IMG/VR virus record: IMGVR_UViG_3300032893_000763
Coordinates: 29,769 to 93,768 of that record
Reading direction: 5' to 3' (one strand)
Source: a virus
Length of the DNA stretch: 64,000 bases
The notes beneath the pieces are model-generated. The model was not told the origin of the DNA and made no database searches. It saw only the letters and a program-made list of their open reading frames with translations. A program made the translations under genes and the position numbers. Of the stretch, positions 46,259 through 56,148 are shown in pieces (positions within the stretch are counted from its first letter, which is position 1; each line of letters starts with the position of its first letter).

Positions 46259-48392
46259 CGATGCTCCAGTCGATGCGCTCGGGAGCCTGGAGGCCCGCCG
46301 AGTCCATCAGCCGTGTGAGGTCATCGCCGTAGACCTCCTTCTCGCGGAGGAGCGTGGCGACGATCTTCTCGATGCCGAGGCGGTTCTCCTGCACGGCGTT
46401 GCGTGCGACCGTGTAGGCGATGCCGAGGAGCGTGCACTCGGCCTTCGTCTTGTACGGCGCGAGCTTGATGTCATACGGCCCGGCGGCGGCGACGAGGCGC
46501 TGCCCGATCTTCTCCATCGCCTTGTGGTCACAGCCGGGGTACTCGGGAACGTCCATACCCCACCGGCCGACCATCGCTCCGGCGAGGTAGGACGCCTGCC
46601 CGAGATCCCCTCCGACACCCTGCGTGTTGTTGCCGTAGAACTCGACCTCGGCGGCGTAGGCCCCGAGGATTGTGACGAGACGATCCATCAACTCGTCGCG
46701 GTAGAGGGCGAACCGCTCGACGTTCTCGACGGACATCAGGTGCCCGCCGGTAGCACCGCGCTTCTTGATGGAGAGCCGGACGGCCTCCGTGTGCTCCTGG
46801 TAGAGGTACTCGCACACGGCGTGCCCGGCCTCGTGGATCGCGGTGCTGCGCTCCTCCTCCTCGGACTCGTAGCCCCACCCGAGCGCGGTGCCCGCCTCGA
46901 CGGTGACCATCGCTTCGAGCAGGTCGGCGCGGGAGAACGCCTCGCGCCCGGAGTGGTGGGCGTACGTGAGCGCGATGGAGCACACCTGCTCAATCTGCGC
47001 CGGGGAGTAGTTGTCCGTGACGCGAGCAAGCTCCTCGCGGGCCTCGGTCGTATCGAGGTCGGCGTCGTGCGTCACCTTGCCGAGGTAGAGGTCGAAGATG
47101 TCGAGGCGGTCGCGCTTGGTCGGCGTGCGGAAGTAGATGTGGCGACCCATCCGCCCCGGCCGCGTCATCGCGGGGTCGAGCGCCTCCAGCGGCACGTTCG
47201 TCGCGCCGACGAAGAAAATCTGATTGCCGGTCGGCTTGGCCTTCGGCAACCGCAGCGAGATGTAGCGGGGTGAGAGGTCGGTCGGGTACTTGTCCGATGT
47301 GCGCCATCCCACGCGGATCTTCTGCGGGACGATGTAGAGAGCATCGAGCCACAGGTTGACCTTCGAGACGAGGGTCTTGCGGAGGAACGGCGGGTTGTCG
47401 ATGCCGTCCATGACCACGAGCAGCGATTGGAGGCCCATCTGCCCCATGCCGCCGAACATCCCGCCACCGCCGGGAATCTGCGGGTCGAGCGTCTTCGAGG
47501 AGCCGCCTGCGCCTCCCTGGAGCGCAGCGCGGCGCATCCCTACGGCGTCGATCTCGTCAATGAAGATGATGCACTGCCCGCCCCACTTCCGCGCGAGCTT
47601 CTTCGCCTTCCGCGCCATGTAGCGGACGATGATGACATCCATGCCGATGAACGTCTGCGCGAAGCCCGAGCCCGGCATGAGCACGATGGGGGAGTTGAAC
47701 CCGGTGGCGATGGCCTTGGCGAGCATCGTCTTGCCGGTGCCGGGAGGGCCGAGGAACAGGATGCCGCGCTCGCGCTTGCCTCCCGCCTTGGTGAACTTCG
47801 CGCCGGACTGCCAGAGGGTGACCACCTTGCGGATCTCCTCCTTGGCCTCGGCCTGGCCGCGCACGTCGTCAAGCTCGACACCGAAGTCCGCGTCTCCAGG
47901 CTCCAAGCCCGACATCTGTGAAATCCCCATCATCATCATCGGGCCGAAGAACAGGAGGAAGTTGGCGAGGAAGAAGATCGGGAGGATGATGAGTTGCTGG
48001 ATCATCTGCCCGTTCAGCTTCGACGCGATGGCGTCCCACGTGTAGCCCCACGTCCCGAGCCACGAGCCGCCGTGAATGAGCCACACGACGGTGATGAGCA
48101 GCGAGAGGATGCCGAGCAGCCGGAACTTGCCCCTCCAGAAGTGCAGCCGCCGACGGCGGAGAGCGTCCTCGGCCATGTCGTCCTTCGCGGCGTCGAGAGT
48201 GAGCGGCACCTGCTCGACAAGGTGCTTGAGCGCGAGATCGACCGCGCCCCGGAAGGCCCCGACGAACAGGACGGCGAAGATGACCGAGACGACGAGCGAG
48301 TGCCCGTGGTTCATGAACCACACGACGATGATGGGAGACGTGAGTGCTGCGACCGCAGTCGCGGCCCACGCCAACCGCTTGAGCGGATTCAC
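46251..48392 (-). CDS. ftsH: FtsH-like membrane AAA+ zinc metalloprotease
   Basis: Several N-terminal TMs; DVRGQAEAK, Walker A GPPGTGKT, Walker B IIFIDEID, SRH TRPGR, HEAGH, G.GGDL. Confidence 0.92.
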   Translation of the reverse strand: MNPLKRLAWAATAVAALTSPIIVVWFMNHGHSLVVSVIFAVLFVGAFRGAVDLALKHLVEQVPLTLDAAKDDMAEDALRRRRLHFWRGKFRLLGILSLLITVVWLIHGGSWLGTWGYTWDAIASKLNGQMIQQLIILPIFFLANFLLFFGPMMMMGISQMSGLEPGDADFGVELDDVRGQAEAKEEIRKVVTLWQSGAKFTKAGGKRERGILFLGPPGTGKTMLAKAIATGFNSPIVLMPGSGFAQTFIGMDVIIVRYMARKAKKLARKWGGQCIIFIDEIDAVGMRRAALQGGAGGSSKTLDPQIPGGGGMFGGMGQMGLQSLLVVMDGIDNPPFLRKTLVSKVNLWLDALYIVPQKIRVGWRTSDKYPTDLSPRYISLRLPKAKPTGNQIFFVGATNVPLEALDPAMTRPGRMGRHIYFRTPTKRDRLDIFDLYLGKVTHDADLDTTEAREELARVTDNYSPAQIEQVCSIALTYAHHSGREAFSRADLLEAMVTVEAGTALGWGYESEEEERSTAIHEAGHAVCEYLYQEHTEAVRLSIKKRGATGGHLMSVENVERFALYRDELMDRLVTILGAYAAEVEFYGNNTQGVGGDLGQASYLAGAMVGRWGMDVPEYPGCDHKAMEKIGQRLVAAAGPYDIKLAPYKTKAECTLLGIAYTVARNAVQENRLGIEKIVATLLREKEVYGDDLTRLMDSAGLQAPERIDWSIVG

Positions 48393-48766
48393 GAGCAGTA
48401 TCTCGTGGAGATGCGCTGGCCGACCGTGACCTTCGGCGTCGTGGCCTTGGCCGCGAGGTCGAAGCGCACGAAGGCGCACGTCGCGGGAGAGCCCGTCGCT
48501 GTGCGGATGTCGAGGATGCACCCGAAGCTCGTGCCGGTGCTTGCGGCCCGGCTGGCGTGCCCGTTGACGAAGGCAGCGCACCGGGTGCGCGAGACGACAT
48601 CTCCGCGCGACTGGAGCCCCTTGTCGAAGTACGAGACGACGATGTTCGACGCCTGGCGCACGGTGTACGGCTTGGGCTTGGTCGGCTTCGAGAACGCCGT
48701 GAGCGCGAAGAACGCAACGGCGAGGACGAGCGCGACGAGAATCGTGTAACCGACGAGCTTCTTCAT
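48389..48766 (-). CDS. Secreted/anchored Cys-containing protein
   Basis: N-terminal signal/TM, four Cys; GTGA coupling to ftsH. Confidence 0.7.
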   Translation of the reverse strand: MKKLVGYTILVALVLAVAFFALTAFSKPTKPKPYTVRQASNIVVSYFDKGLQSRGDVVSRTRCAAFVNGHASRAASTGTSFGCILDIRTATGSPATCAFVRFDLAAKATTPKVTVGQRISTRYCS

Positions 48767-48769
48767 GAC

Positions 48770-49279
48770 CTACCTCCCCTTCCTCGGAAGTTTGATGGAC
48801 GGTAGCACATACGCGACGTACTTGCCCTGCGGGCCTCTGCGGCCGTGGTGCCCCGCCGACTTGCTCCGCCGGATACCGACCTGCATCCCGTGCCCTGTGG
48901 CCTGCTTCGCTACCTGGCAAGCCTCGTGGAGCGAGCGCGAGTACGGCTCGCGGTAGGCGCGGGGCTCTCCGACCTCGGGGCGGTAAGCGATCAGGCCGTG
49001 GCTCACGGTGAGAGGGATCTCCCACACGTAGATGGTGCCCTCGACCTGCGCCGCGATGTCGGGCTCGATGATCTCGCACGCGACGAACTGCGCTGTGTCC
49101 GGGATCGGCTGGCCGACGGGCCACCCCTCGCCCGAGCCGAGCGCACCCCACACGAGGAAGTTGAGCGAGAGCACGATGGCGATGGCCGCGAGCTTGACCC
49201 ACCACGCGAGCCGCGCTGAGACGAGCAGGACGAGCAGGAGCACGTCCGTGATCGTGATGGCGATGAAGAACGGCGTCAC
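48770..49279 (-). CDS. Membrane protein (2 TM plus extracytoplasmic domain)
   Basis: GWP..IYVW..EPRAYREPYSRSLHE. Confidence 0.75.
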   Translation of the reverse strand: MTPFFIAITITDVLLLVLLVSARLAWWVKLAAIAIVLSLNFLVWGALGSGEGWPVGQPIPDTAQFVACEIIEPDIAAQVEGTIYVWEIPLTVSHGLIAYRPEVGEPRAYREPYSRSLHEACQVAKQATGHGMQVGIRRSKSAGHHGRRGPQGKYVAYVLPSIKLPRKGR

Positions 49280-49866
49280 GCGGAGCCCGTCACGAGATGG
49301 GTCATGGACTTCGGCAGCCGGTTGAAGTTCGAGGCGTTGCCTGCGCGGTCGAGCGTGAAGCGGAAGGCCGTGACCTCCTGGCCGGTACGCACGAGGACGA
49401 TCTTCTGCTCGCGCACCTTCTCGTCCGCTCCGCGCAACCGCCAGAGGGTGACCGTGGCGGTGATCGGGCCGGGGTCGTTCTTGAGGTACATGACGAGGTT
49501 GACCGTGTACTCGCCCGGCACCGATCCCTTGATGATCGTGCGCTCGCCGTTCGCCAGGGTCTTGACCGTGCCCGAGGGCGTGTCCACCGTGCCCGAGGTT
49601 GCGGTGCCGAGGTCATCACCCCCGAGGGTCATGAGCCCGGCCGTCAACTGGCCGTACCACGCGATGTTCCCCTGCGGGTCTTGCACCCACAGGTCTACGT
49701 CATCGTTCGAGCCGTCGGGCCACGTGACCGAGACGGCGTACACGCCGAGCGTGTCGATGCGCATGGGAGTCGCCTTCGGCTTCTCCGTGATGGCGAGGAT
49801 CAGGAAGATGCCGAGCAGGGCAAGCAGGTAGTCGAAGACCGGCGTCCACGAGCCGGAGCGGCGCAC
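49276..49866 (-). CDS. ExbD/TolR-like single-TM protein with YfaP-like beta domain
   Basis: PVFDYLLALL (TM Asp); VTWPDGSNDDVDLWVQDP..PGEYTVN. Confidence 0.7.
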   Translation of the reverse strand: MRRSGSWTPVFDYLLALLGIFLILAITEKPKATPMRIDTLGVYAVSVTWPDGSNDDVDLWVQDPQGNIAWYGQLTAGLMTLGGDDLGTATSGTVDTPSGTVKTLANGERTIIKGSVPGEYTVNLVMYLKNDPGPITATVTLWRLRGADEKVREQKIVLVRTGQEVTAFRFTLDRAGNASNFNRLPKSMTHLVTGSA

Positions 49867-49870
49867 TGGC

Positions 49871-50341
49871 CTACGCCCCGAGGTCGTGCTCGATCATGCG
49901 ATGCTCGTGCTTGAGCAGAAGCATCGCCAGGACTCCGACGAACGTGCCGTAGAAGATCCCGCCTCCGCCGGACGTGATCCGGTCGGAGAGGTTCGCGGCG
50001 TCGTTCGAGGAGAGCAGGATCGACATGCCCGCGATGGACGAGAGGATGCCGAGCATCGGCGCGACCCACGCCCAATGGTCGAGGTACGCGGCCTCGTGGA
50101 TGATGCGCTCCGCCTCGCCTCCTGTGAGGCCCTCGTCACCTGCCCTCCAGCACAGCCGACCGCCGTAGAGCGAGCCCCACACGGTGACCGCGAGGATGAC
50201 GGGGATCGTGACGAGGGGTGCGCCGTGGACGCGACCGCCGAAGGTGAGCCCGAGCACGACGAGGAAGACGATGAACACCGCGTTGAGCAGTGCCCACTTG
50301 ACGAACAGGGTGCGCTCCCTCGCGCTCGTGACCGGCAACAT
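49871..50341 (-). CDS. MotA/TolQ/ExbB proton-channel-like membrane protein
   Basis: APMLGILSSIAGM and GTFVGV TM motifs; TACACT-6nt-ATG. Confidence 0.75.
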   Translation of the reverse strand: MLPVTSARERTLFVKWALLNAVFIVFLVVLGLTFGGRVHGAPLVTIPVILAVTVWGSLYGGRLCWRAGDEGLTGGEAERIIHEAAYLDHWAWVAPMLGILSSIAGMSILLSSNDAANLSDRITSGGGGIFYGTFVGVLAMLLLKHEHRMIEHDLGA

Positions 50342-50387
50342 GTGAGGAGTGTAGCGGAATGGCCCCCGGCGTGCCAGGGGCCACCGC

Positions 50388-50744
50388 TTAGGACGGAACT
50401 GAGGCAGCCGGGGCCGGTACGGGATCGACCGCGACCGGCGAGGCAGCCGGAGCCTCCGGTGCCTTCTTCTCCGCGCCGTTGAGCACGAGCGCCGAGAGGT
50501 TGATGAGCTTCTCCGCGTCCGCCAGGGTGACCACGTTGAGCCCACCCGAGGCGCTCGTGGACTTGAGGTACGAGGCGGTGACGGCGTAGATGTACTTCGC
50601 CACGGAGAGCCCGCCCGCGATGGCAGCGGCCTTGAGCGCCTGCGTGTCGATGTTGTTCGTCCCGAACGCCAGGACGACGCCGATGAACGAGAACAGGAAC
50701 GTCGCGCTCACCCGCTCCGCGAGGGAGATGATGTGGTTCTTCAA
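50388..50744 (-). CDS. Putative holin
   Basis: LAERVSATF, two TMs, r1t-like pattern. Confidence 0.65.
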   Translation of the reverse strand: MKNHIISLAERVSATFLFSFIGVVLAFGTNNIDTQALKAAAIAGGLSVAKYIYAVTASYLKSTSASGGLNVVTLADAEKLINLSALVLNGAEKKAPEAPAASPVAVDPVPAPAASVPS

Positions 50745-50752
50745 GTTGCCTC

Positions 50753-51367
50753 CTAGATGGATTGCCCGCGCCTCGCCATCTTACCACGGAGGCTCTCGTC
50801 CCTGACGTGCAGGTAGACCTCGGTGGTGGCGATGTTGGCGTGGCGAAGGAGGCGCTGGACTTCGTGCAGCGGGAAGCCGTCCTCGATGAGTTCCGTGGCG
50901 AACGTGTGCCTGAAGACGTGAGGGGTGACGATCCCGTAGATGCCCGCCTTGGCCTTGAGGCGAGCCACGAGACGCTGGACGTAGCGCACGGTGACGACGG
51001 AGCCGTCCGGGTTGAGGATCAGCGGCCGGGACATGTCCGGGCCGACCCACTGCTCGCGCAGCGCGAGGTACGCTTCGAGCGCCGGGAGCACCTGCTCCGG
51101 CGTGAAGTACGCCGTGCCGTCTCCGCCCTTCGCGTCGTACAGGTGGATCACGCCGTCGCGCTCGACATCGCGCGGGCGTGTGGCGACGGCCTCGGAGACG
51201 CGGAGCCCGGCGCGGTACATGAGCAGGAGGATCAGGTGGTCGCGCACGCCCGTCGGCGTGCCGTCGTTCGCAAGGGCGAGGAGGTCGGCTGCCTCCTGGC
51301 GCGAGAGCACCTTCGGCAGCTTCTTCTTGCGCCGCTTCTTGGGCTCGGGTGCGGGGGTGTCCTCCAC
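50753..51367 (-). CDS. Tyrosine recombinase (catalytic domain only)
   Basis: GLRVSEA (R), K, HVFRH, LRH, EVY catalytic Tyr; 204 aa; TAGAAT-6nt-GTG. Confidence 0.9.
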   Translation of the reverse strand: MEDTPAPEPKKRRKKKLPKVLSRQEAADLLALANDGTPTGVRDHLILLLMYRAGLRVSEAVATRPRDVERDGVIHLYDAKGGDGTAYFTPEQVLPALEAYLALREQWVGPDMSRPLILNPDGSVVTVRYVQRLVARLKAKAGIYGIVTPHVFRHTFATELIEDGFPLHEVQRLLRHANIATTEVYLHVRDESLRGKMARRGQSI

Positions 51368-51380
51368 CCCTACATTCTAC

Positions 51381-52016
51381 TCAGCGGCCGAGGATGCGGC
51401 GGGCCATGTCCTTCTCGTCATCCGTGTAGAGCACGGTCTTCTCGATGGTGATGTCTCCGCCCACGTAGTTGTTGAAGGTGATCGCAGCCTCGACCGCCTT
51501 GCGTGCGACCTTCTCGGCGCGGGCCTCGGTGATCTCCTCGGCGGTGATCTCCGCGCCGAGATCCGCGATGAGTGCGCCGACGGCGTTGTCTTCACCCGAG
51601 CCGACGGCCTCGAAGGGGAGCCGGTGCTCGTTGACGGAGAAGTCCTCGTCCACGCAGAACAGCCGCCCGCGCACCGCGAGCAGGAAGGCCGACTCCCCAA
51701 GATGCTCGGCGTTGTGCTTGATGTGCAGGTGGCCTTGCTCCTCGGTCACCGCCCGCAGATAGGGGACGAACTCGCGGACGGCCCAATACTCCTCGTCGCG
51801 GCCCTCGCGCGGGATGAACGGGTCTTCCAACTCTGAGAGATGGTACTGGAGAATCTGCCCCAAGCGCCCCGAGCCGCAGTAGGCGATGCCGAGGGTGTCC
51901 TGGAGCAGGTGCACCTTGGACTGTGCGCCGATGCGGTTCGAGTTCTCCGTGCTCCACTGGAGGTCGCCCGCGAGGACGACTCCGTTCTTGTGGCGCACTC
52001 CAACGACGACAGTCAC
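51381..52016 (-). CDS. Ntn-hydrolase, proteasome beta/HslV-like protease
   Basis: N-terminal Thr (MTVVVG), AGD, K, AVGSG. Confidence 0.8.
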   Translation of the reverse strand: MTVVVGVRHKNGVVLAGDLQWSTENSNRIGAQSKVHLLQDTLGIAYCGSGRLGQILQYHLSELEDPFIPREGRDEEYWAVREFVPYLRAVTEEQGHLHIKHNAEHLGESAFLLAVRGRLFCVDEDFSVNEHRLPFEAVGSGEDNAVGALIADLGAEITAEEITEARAEKVARKAVEAAITFNNYVGGDITIEKTVLYTDDEKDMARRILGR

Positions 52017-52597
52017 TCGCCCACCTTAGCAGGCTCGTACCCCTCGGGCAAGTCCTCGGTGTGGCCGAGGCCCCACCGTGCGACCTGCGCCTTGGTGCCG
52101 AAGCGCGGCGAGCCCGAGTGCTTGGAGTAGCCGATCATGTGGAGGGCGTGCTTCGCGCGAGCCAGGGAGCGGGTGTCCTCGACCTGGCTGAGGATGTCCT
52201 CCAAGAACTCATCGGTGACGGCCGTGACGCCTCTCGGTGCGTCCCGAAGGGTCGGGCCGAGCATCGGGTGGTAGCTCGGGACGAACCACGAGTGCGGCCC
52301 CTCGTGGCCGTCCTCCAAGACGCACGGATCAGCGGCCTCGGTCGCGGGGCACGTCGCACTTTCGTCAGAACGCGACGGCTCCGGCCAGAGGCTCATGTCA
52401 TCTCCGAGGCGCTCGGCATCCTCGCGTAGACCGTAGACACGCCGACACTCGGGCGAACAGGAACACGGAGGGCCTCCGACGAGGCCAATGGCGTAGAACT
52501 CGACCTCCTCGATGACGCGGATCGCGCGAGGCGCGATGAACATGCGGCGCTCGGTGGCGTCCGCCAAGACGATCTCGCAGCCCCGATCCTCAGCCAT
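52013..52597 (-). CDS. Hypothetical Cys/His-rich protein
   Basis: C..LEDGHEGPH motif. Confidence 0.65.
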   Translation of the reverse strand: MAEDRGCEIVLADATERRMFIAPRAIRVIEEVEFYAIGLVGGPPCSCSPECRRVYGLREDAERLGDDMSLWPEPSRSDESATCPATEAADPCVLEDGHEGPHSWFVPSYHPMLGPTLRDAPRGVTAVTDEFLEDILSQVEDTRSLARAKHALHMIGYSKHSGSPRFGTKAQVARWGLGHTEDLPEGYEPAKVGE

Positions 52598-52753
52598 CGT
52601 GATCCTCGCAGCATCCGCAACTGCACCCTCCGGCCGCGAGCGTGTCTGCGGCGAGGACTTCGGCCATGATGGCCTCGGCCTCGCGGAGGATGCGCTCCTC
52701 CTCGGTGCGTTGCTCGCGCTCGTTGAGCGGGTTGCGCTCGGAGTACCGCTGCC

Positions 52754-52990
52754 TCACGCGGCGTCCTCGATGAGCGGGAGTGTCACGACGACGCACCCGG
52801 CCTCGACTGCGGCCTCGACCGTCTGGACGCTGGCGATCTCATCCGGCACGTCGAGCGCCACCCGCACGGTGATCGCGCCAGGGAGAGGCGACTGCGGGTA
52901 GCGGGACGAGACACGCTCCATCTTGAGCCGCCGCACCGATCCGTCGGGGTGGCGCTCGGGGACGATCTGAATGAAGCCGTAAGCCTTCAT
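52754..52990 (-). CDS. Hypothetical protein
   Basis: SD GGAGG, 78 aa. Confidence 0.6.
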   Translation of the reverse strand: MKAYGFIQIVPERHPDGSVRRLKMERVSSRYPQSPLPGAITVRVALDVPDEIASVQTVEAAVEAGCVVVTLPLIEDAA

Positions 52991-53008
52991 AGCCCCTCCT
53001 CCAGGTCA

Positions 53009-53036
53009 GGCCCCCGGCGCATGGACGCCGGGGGCC
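53009..53036 (-). terminator. Hairpin downstream of the phosphoesterase
   Basis: GGCCCCCGGCG...CGCCGGGGGCC. Confidence 0.55.
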
Positions 53037-53059
53037 GCTTGCCAGTGAACCCCTCCAGC

Positions 53060-54400
53060 TTACACCAAGCTGGAAGGCCGTGCGTTCGCACGGTCGGCGT
53101 AGAACTCCGGGTCTTCCCACACGTCGCCCGGCAGCGCAGTGCCCGGCACGTCGAGGTAGATGGGAGTCCAGCCGGTGACCCCGTACTTCTCGTGGACGCT
53201 GAGGAGCGTCTGCATGGGGCGGTGGACTGTCTTGAAGGACGACTGCTCGAAGTTCGTCGTCGCCGGGAGAGCCCCGTTGATGACGAGCCACCCGCGTCCG
53301 TCCGGCAGGACACCGGGGCGATGGCCGTGGCCGATCACCGTGATGTCCGGCTTGCCGAGCATGTCGGCGTACCGCTTCGGGAGCATCGAGACGGCGTACC
53401 ACGGGATGCCCGCGTACGAGTTCGCGTTCCACTTGAACGACGAGCCATGCTCGAAGACGAGGCGCTGGCCTGCCACGTGCTTGTAGCCGAAGAACGTGTG
53501 CCAGTTCCGCACCTTGATGCGCGGCTCGTTGACGAACTGACGCTTCGTGAACTCACCGATCAGCCACGAGAACGTGTCTGCGTAGTCGAGTTCCCCGAGC
53601 CCCGCGTTGCCACGGTTGCGGCCGGTGCGGTCGTGGTTGCCCCCGACCATCTCGACCTCGACCTCGGGGAAGATCGTGAGCGCCTGGCGGCACAGCCACG
53701 AGAACAGGTCGAACGCCTGCACCGTCTGCACCGTCACAACGTCCTCGACCTGCCGGTGCTGCGCGGGCCGCATGTCGTCGTTGTCGATCAGGTCACCGAG
53801 CGAGATGATGTGCAGCTTGGTGAAGTTGATCCCCGCCGACTGGATCTCGTGCAGACGCACGACGCGATCCCACAGCCGCTCGACCTGTGAGCGTGTGGTT
53901 GACACGTCCTGTTCGTACACGCCACCCGTCTCGTGAAGCTGGTACCGAGCCCCTGTGTGCCAGTCGCCCGTGAGAAGCACAAGCTCGTGCTGCGGAAGCT
54001 CGTCCGCGTTCTTGCGCCTCGGGATGACGAGCGGGGTCGGTTCATACGCCGTAAGACAGTCCCGGAGCGCCGCGTCGTAGCGGCGGATGCGGGACTCCAA
54101 GGCGGTTGTCTTGCGAAGCTCGGCACGGTTGGCAAGCTCGACATCCCTCGCGTGTGACTCTGCGAGAGCGGCGTCAATGCTGCCGTCCACGTAGTCCTGT
54201 GCGTCCGTGTTGCGAAGCTCCTCGATCTCCGCCTTGAGCGCCTCGGCCATCTCCTGCGCCCGCTTGGCCTTCTTCGAGGTCGGACGCCCTGCGTCCTTCT
54301 CGGCCTTCACGGTCTTGAGATGTCCGGCACGCCGGTTGCGGAGGCTGACCAACTTCGCCTTCTTGATCTCCTCCGCGCTCGGGCTTGCTTCGTCTGACAC
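53060..54400 (-). CDS. Metallophosphoesterase (nuclease-type) with coiled-coil N-terminus
   Basis: GDWH, LGDLID, GGNHD, EHG, GHGH. Confidence 0.85.
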   Translation of the reverse strand: MSDEASPSAEEIKKAKLVSLRNRRAGHLKTVKAEKDAGRPTSKKAKRAQEMAEALKAEIEELRNTDAQDYVDGSIDAALAESHARDVELANRAELRKTTALESRIRRYDAALRDCLTAYEPTPLVIPRRKNADELPQHELVLLTGDWHTGARYQLHETGGVYEQDVSTTRSQVERLWDRVVRLHEIQSAGINFTKLHIISLGDLIDNDDMRPAQHRQVEDVVTVQTVQAFDLFSWLCRQALTIFPEVEVEMVGGNHDRTGRNRGNAGLGELDYADTFSWLIGEFTKRQFVNEPRIKVRNWHTFFGYKHVAGQRLVFEHGSSFKWNANSYAGIPWYAVSMLPKRYADMLGKPDITVIGHGHRPGVLPDGRGWLVINGALPATTNFEQSSFKTVHRPMQTLLSVHEKYGVTGWTPIYLDVPGTALPGDVWEDPEFYADRANARPSSLV

Positions 54401-54467
54401 TCACTCCTCCTTGTCTAGGGGTGCGCCCGGCGTACCGAGCGCACCCCCTGGTTCCTGGCCGAGCGCC

Positions 54468-55354
<887 letters not shown>

Positions 55355-55358
<4 letters not shown>

Positions 55359-56113
55359 GCGCTTCCTCCTTGATTGAGAAGTGCCATCCACTGCTCCACG
55401 TACTGCGTCGGCGGAGTCGTGTCCGGCAGTGACAGGATCGGGCCGTAGTGGCCCTTGAGCAGGTTCGTGCCGTCCTTGGCGACGAACCCAGGCAACTCGT
55501 CTACGAGGAGCTTCCGCATCCACACGCCCTCGGGCGTGGCCTCCTTGAACATGTAACCCACCACGTCAAGGTAGTACGGAAGCTGCTCGCGGAGAGCGCC
55601 GACGAGCAACGGCTTGCGTGTCTCGTCGTTCGAGCCCGTGATGAACAGCATCGTCTTGATGCCGTTCTCCGGGATGAGCGTGAGGTCGCGGTACTTCCGC
55701 ACGAGCGCCTCCAACTCACGGAGCAGGATCGAGTAGTGATCGCGCTCCAGCGCAGCGGTGCCCGGCACCTGCATGTCGATGCACCGCTTCTGCGCCTCCA
55801 TCAGCGAGTCGAGACGACACGAGATGAAGTCATGGTACGTGCGCCCACCCCGGAGGTACTGATACACGAGGTTGAGCGTGTTGTAGTCCGGCACCGCAGC
55901 GATGCACGTGTCCCACGTGCCATCGAAGCGCGGCGGCGGGCCTGCGACCGGATTCCAGTAGACCTTCTCCTGGCCCCGGACGTTCGGTGTGTACCGCGCC
56001 CGGCCTTCGAGGTCGAGGGCGAGCAGCGGCTTCGGCGCAGTGTCCGAGAGCCACGACTTGCCCACGCCCGAGGGGCCGTGGATCAGCGCGGTGAGAGTTG
56101 CATCGTTGGACAT
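55355..56113 (-). CDS. Sak4-like/AAA_24 ATPase (recombinase)
   Basis: LIHGPSGVGKS, LDLEG, LDSL.E.Q, DVVGY, AKD. Confidence 0.85.
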
Positions 56114-56148
56114 CCTCCTCCTTCCTCCGAGCCCGAGTGTAGCAGGCC

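Noticed and set aside
48393-49205. N-terminal 270 aa of the 984-aa FtsH ORF in the track
   Set aside because: Overlaps two better-supported genes; the real start is likely GTG48392, coupled to the upstream stop
50388-50744. Complete lysis cassette
   Set aside because: Only a holin-like gene is present; no endolysin motif recognised nearby or elsewhere in the window
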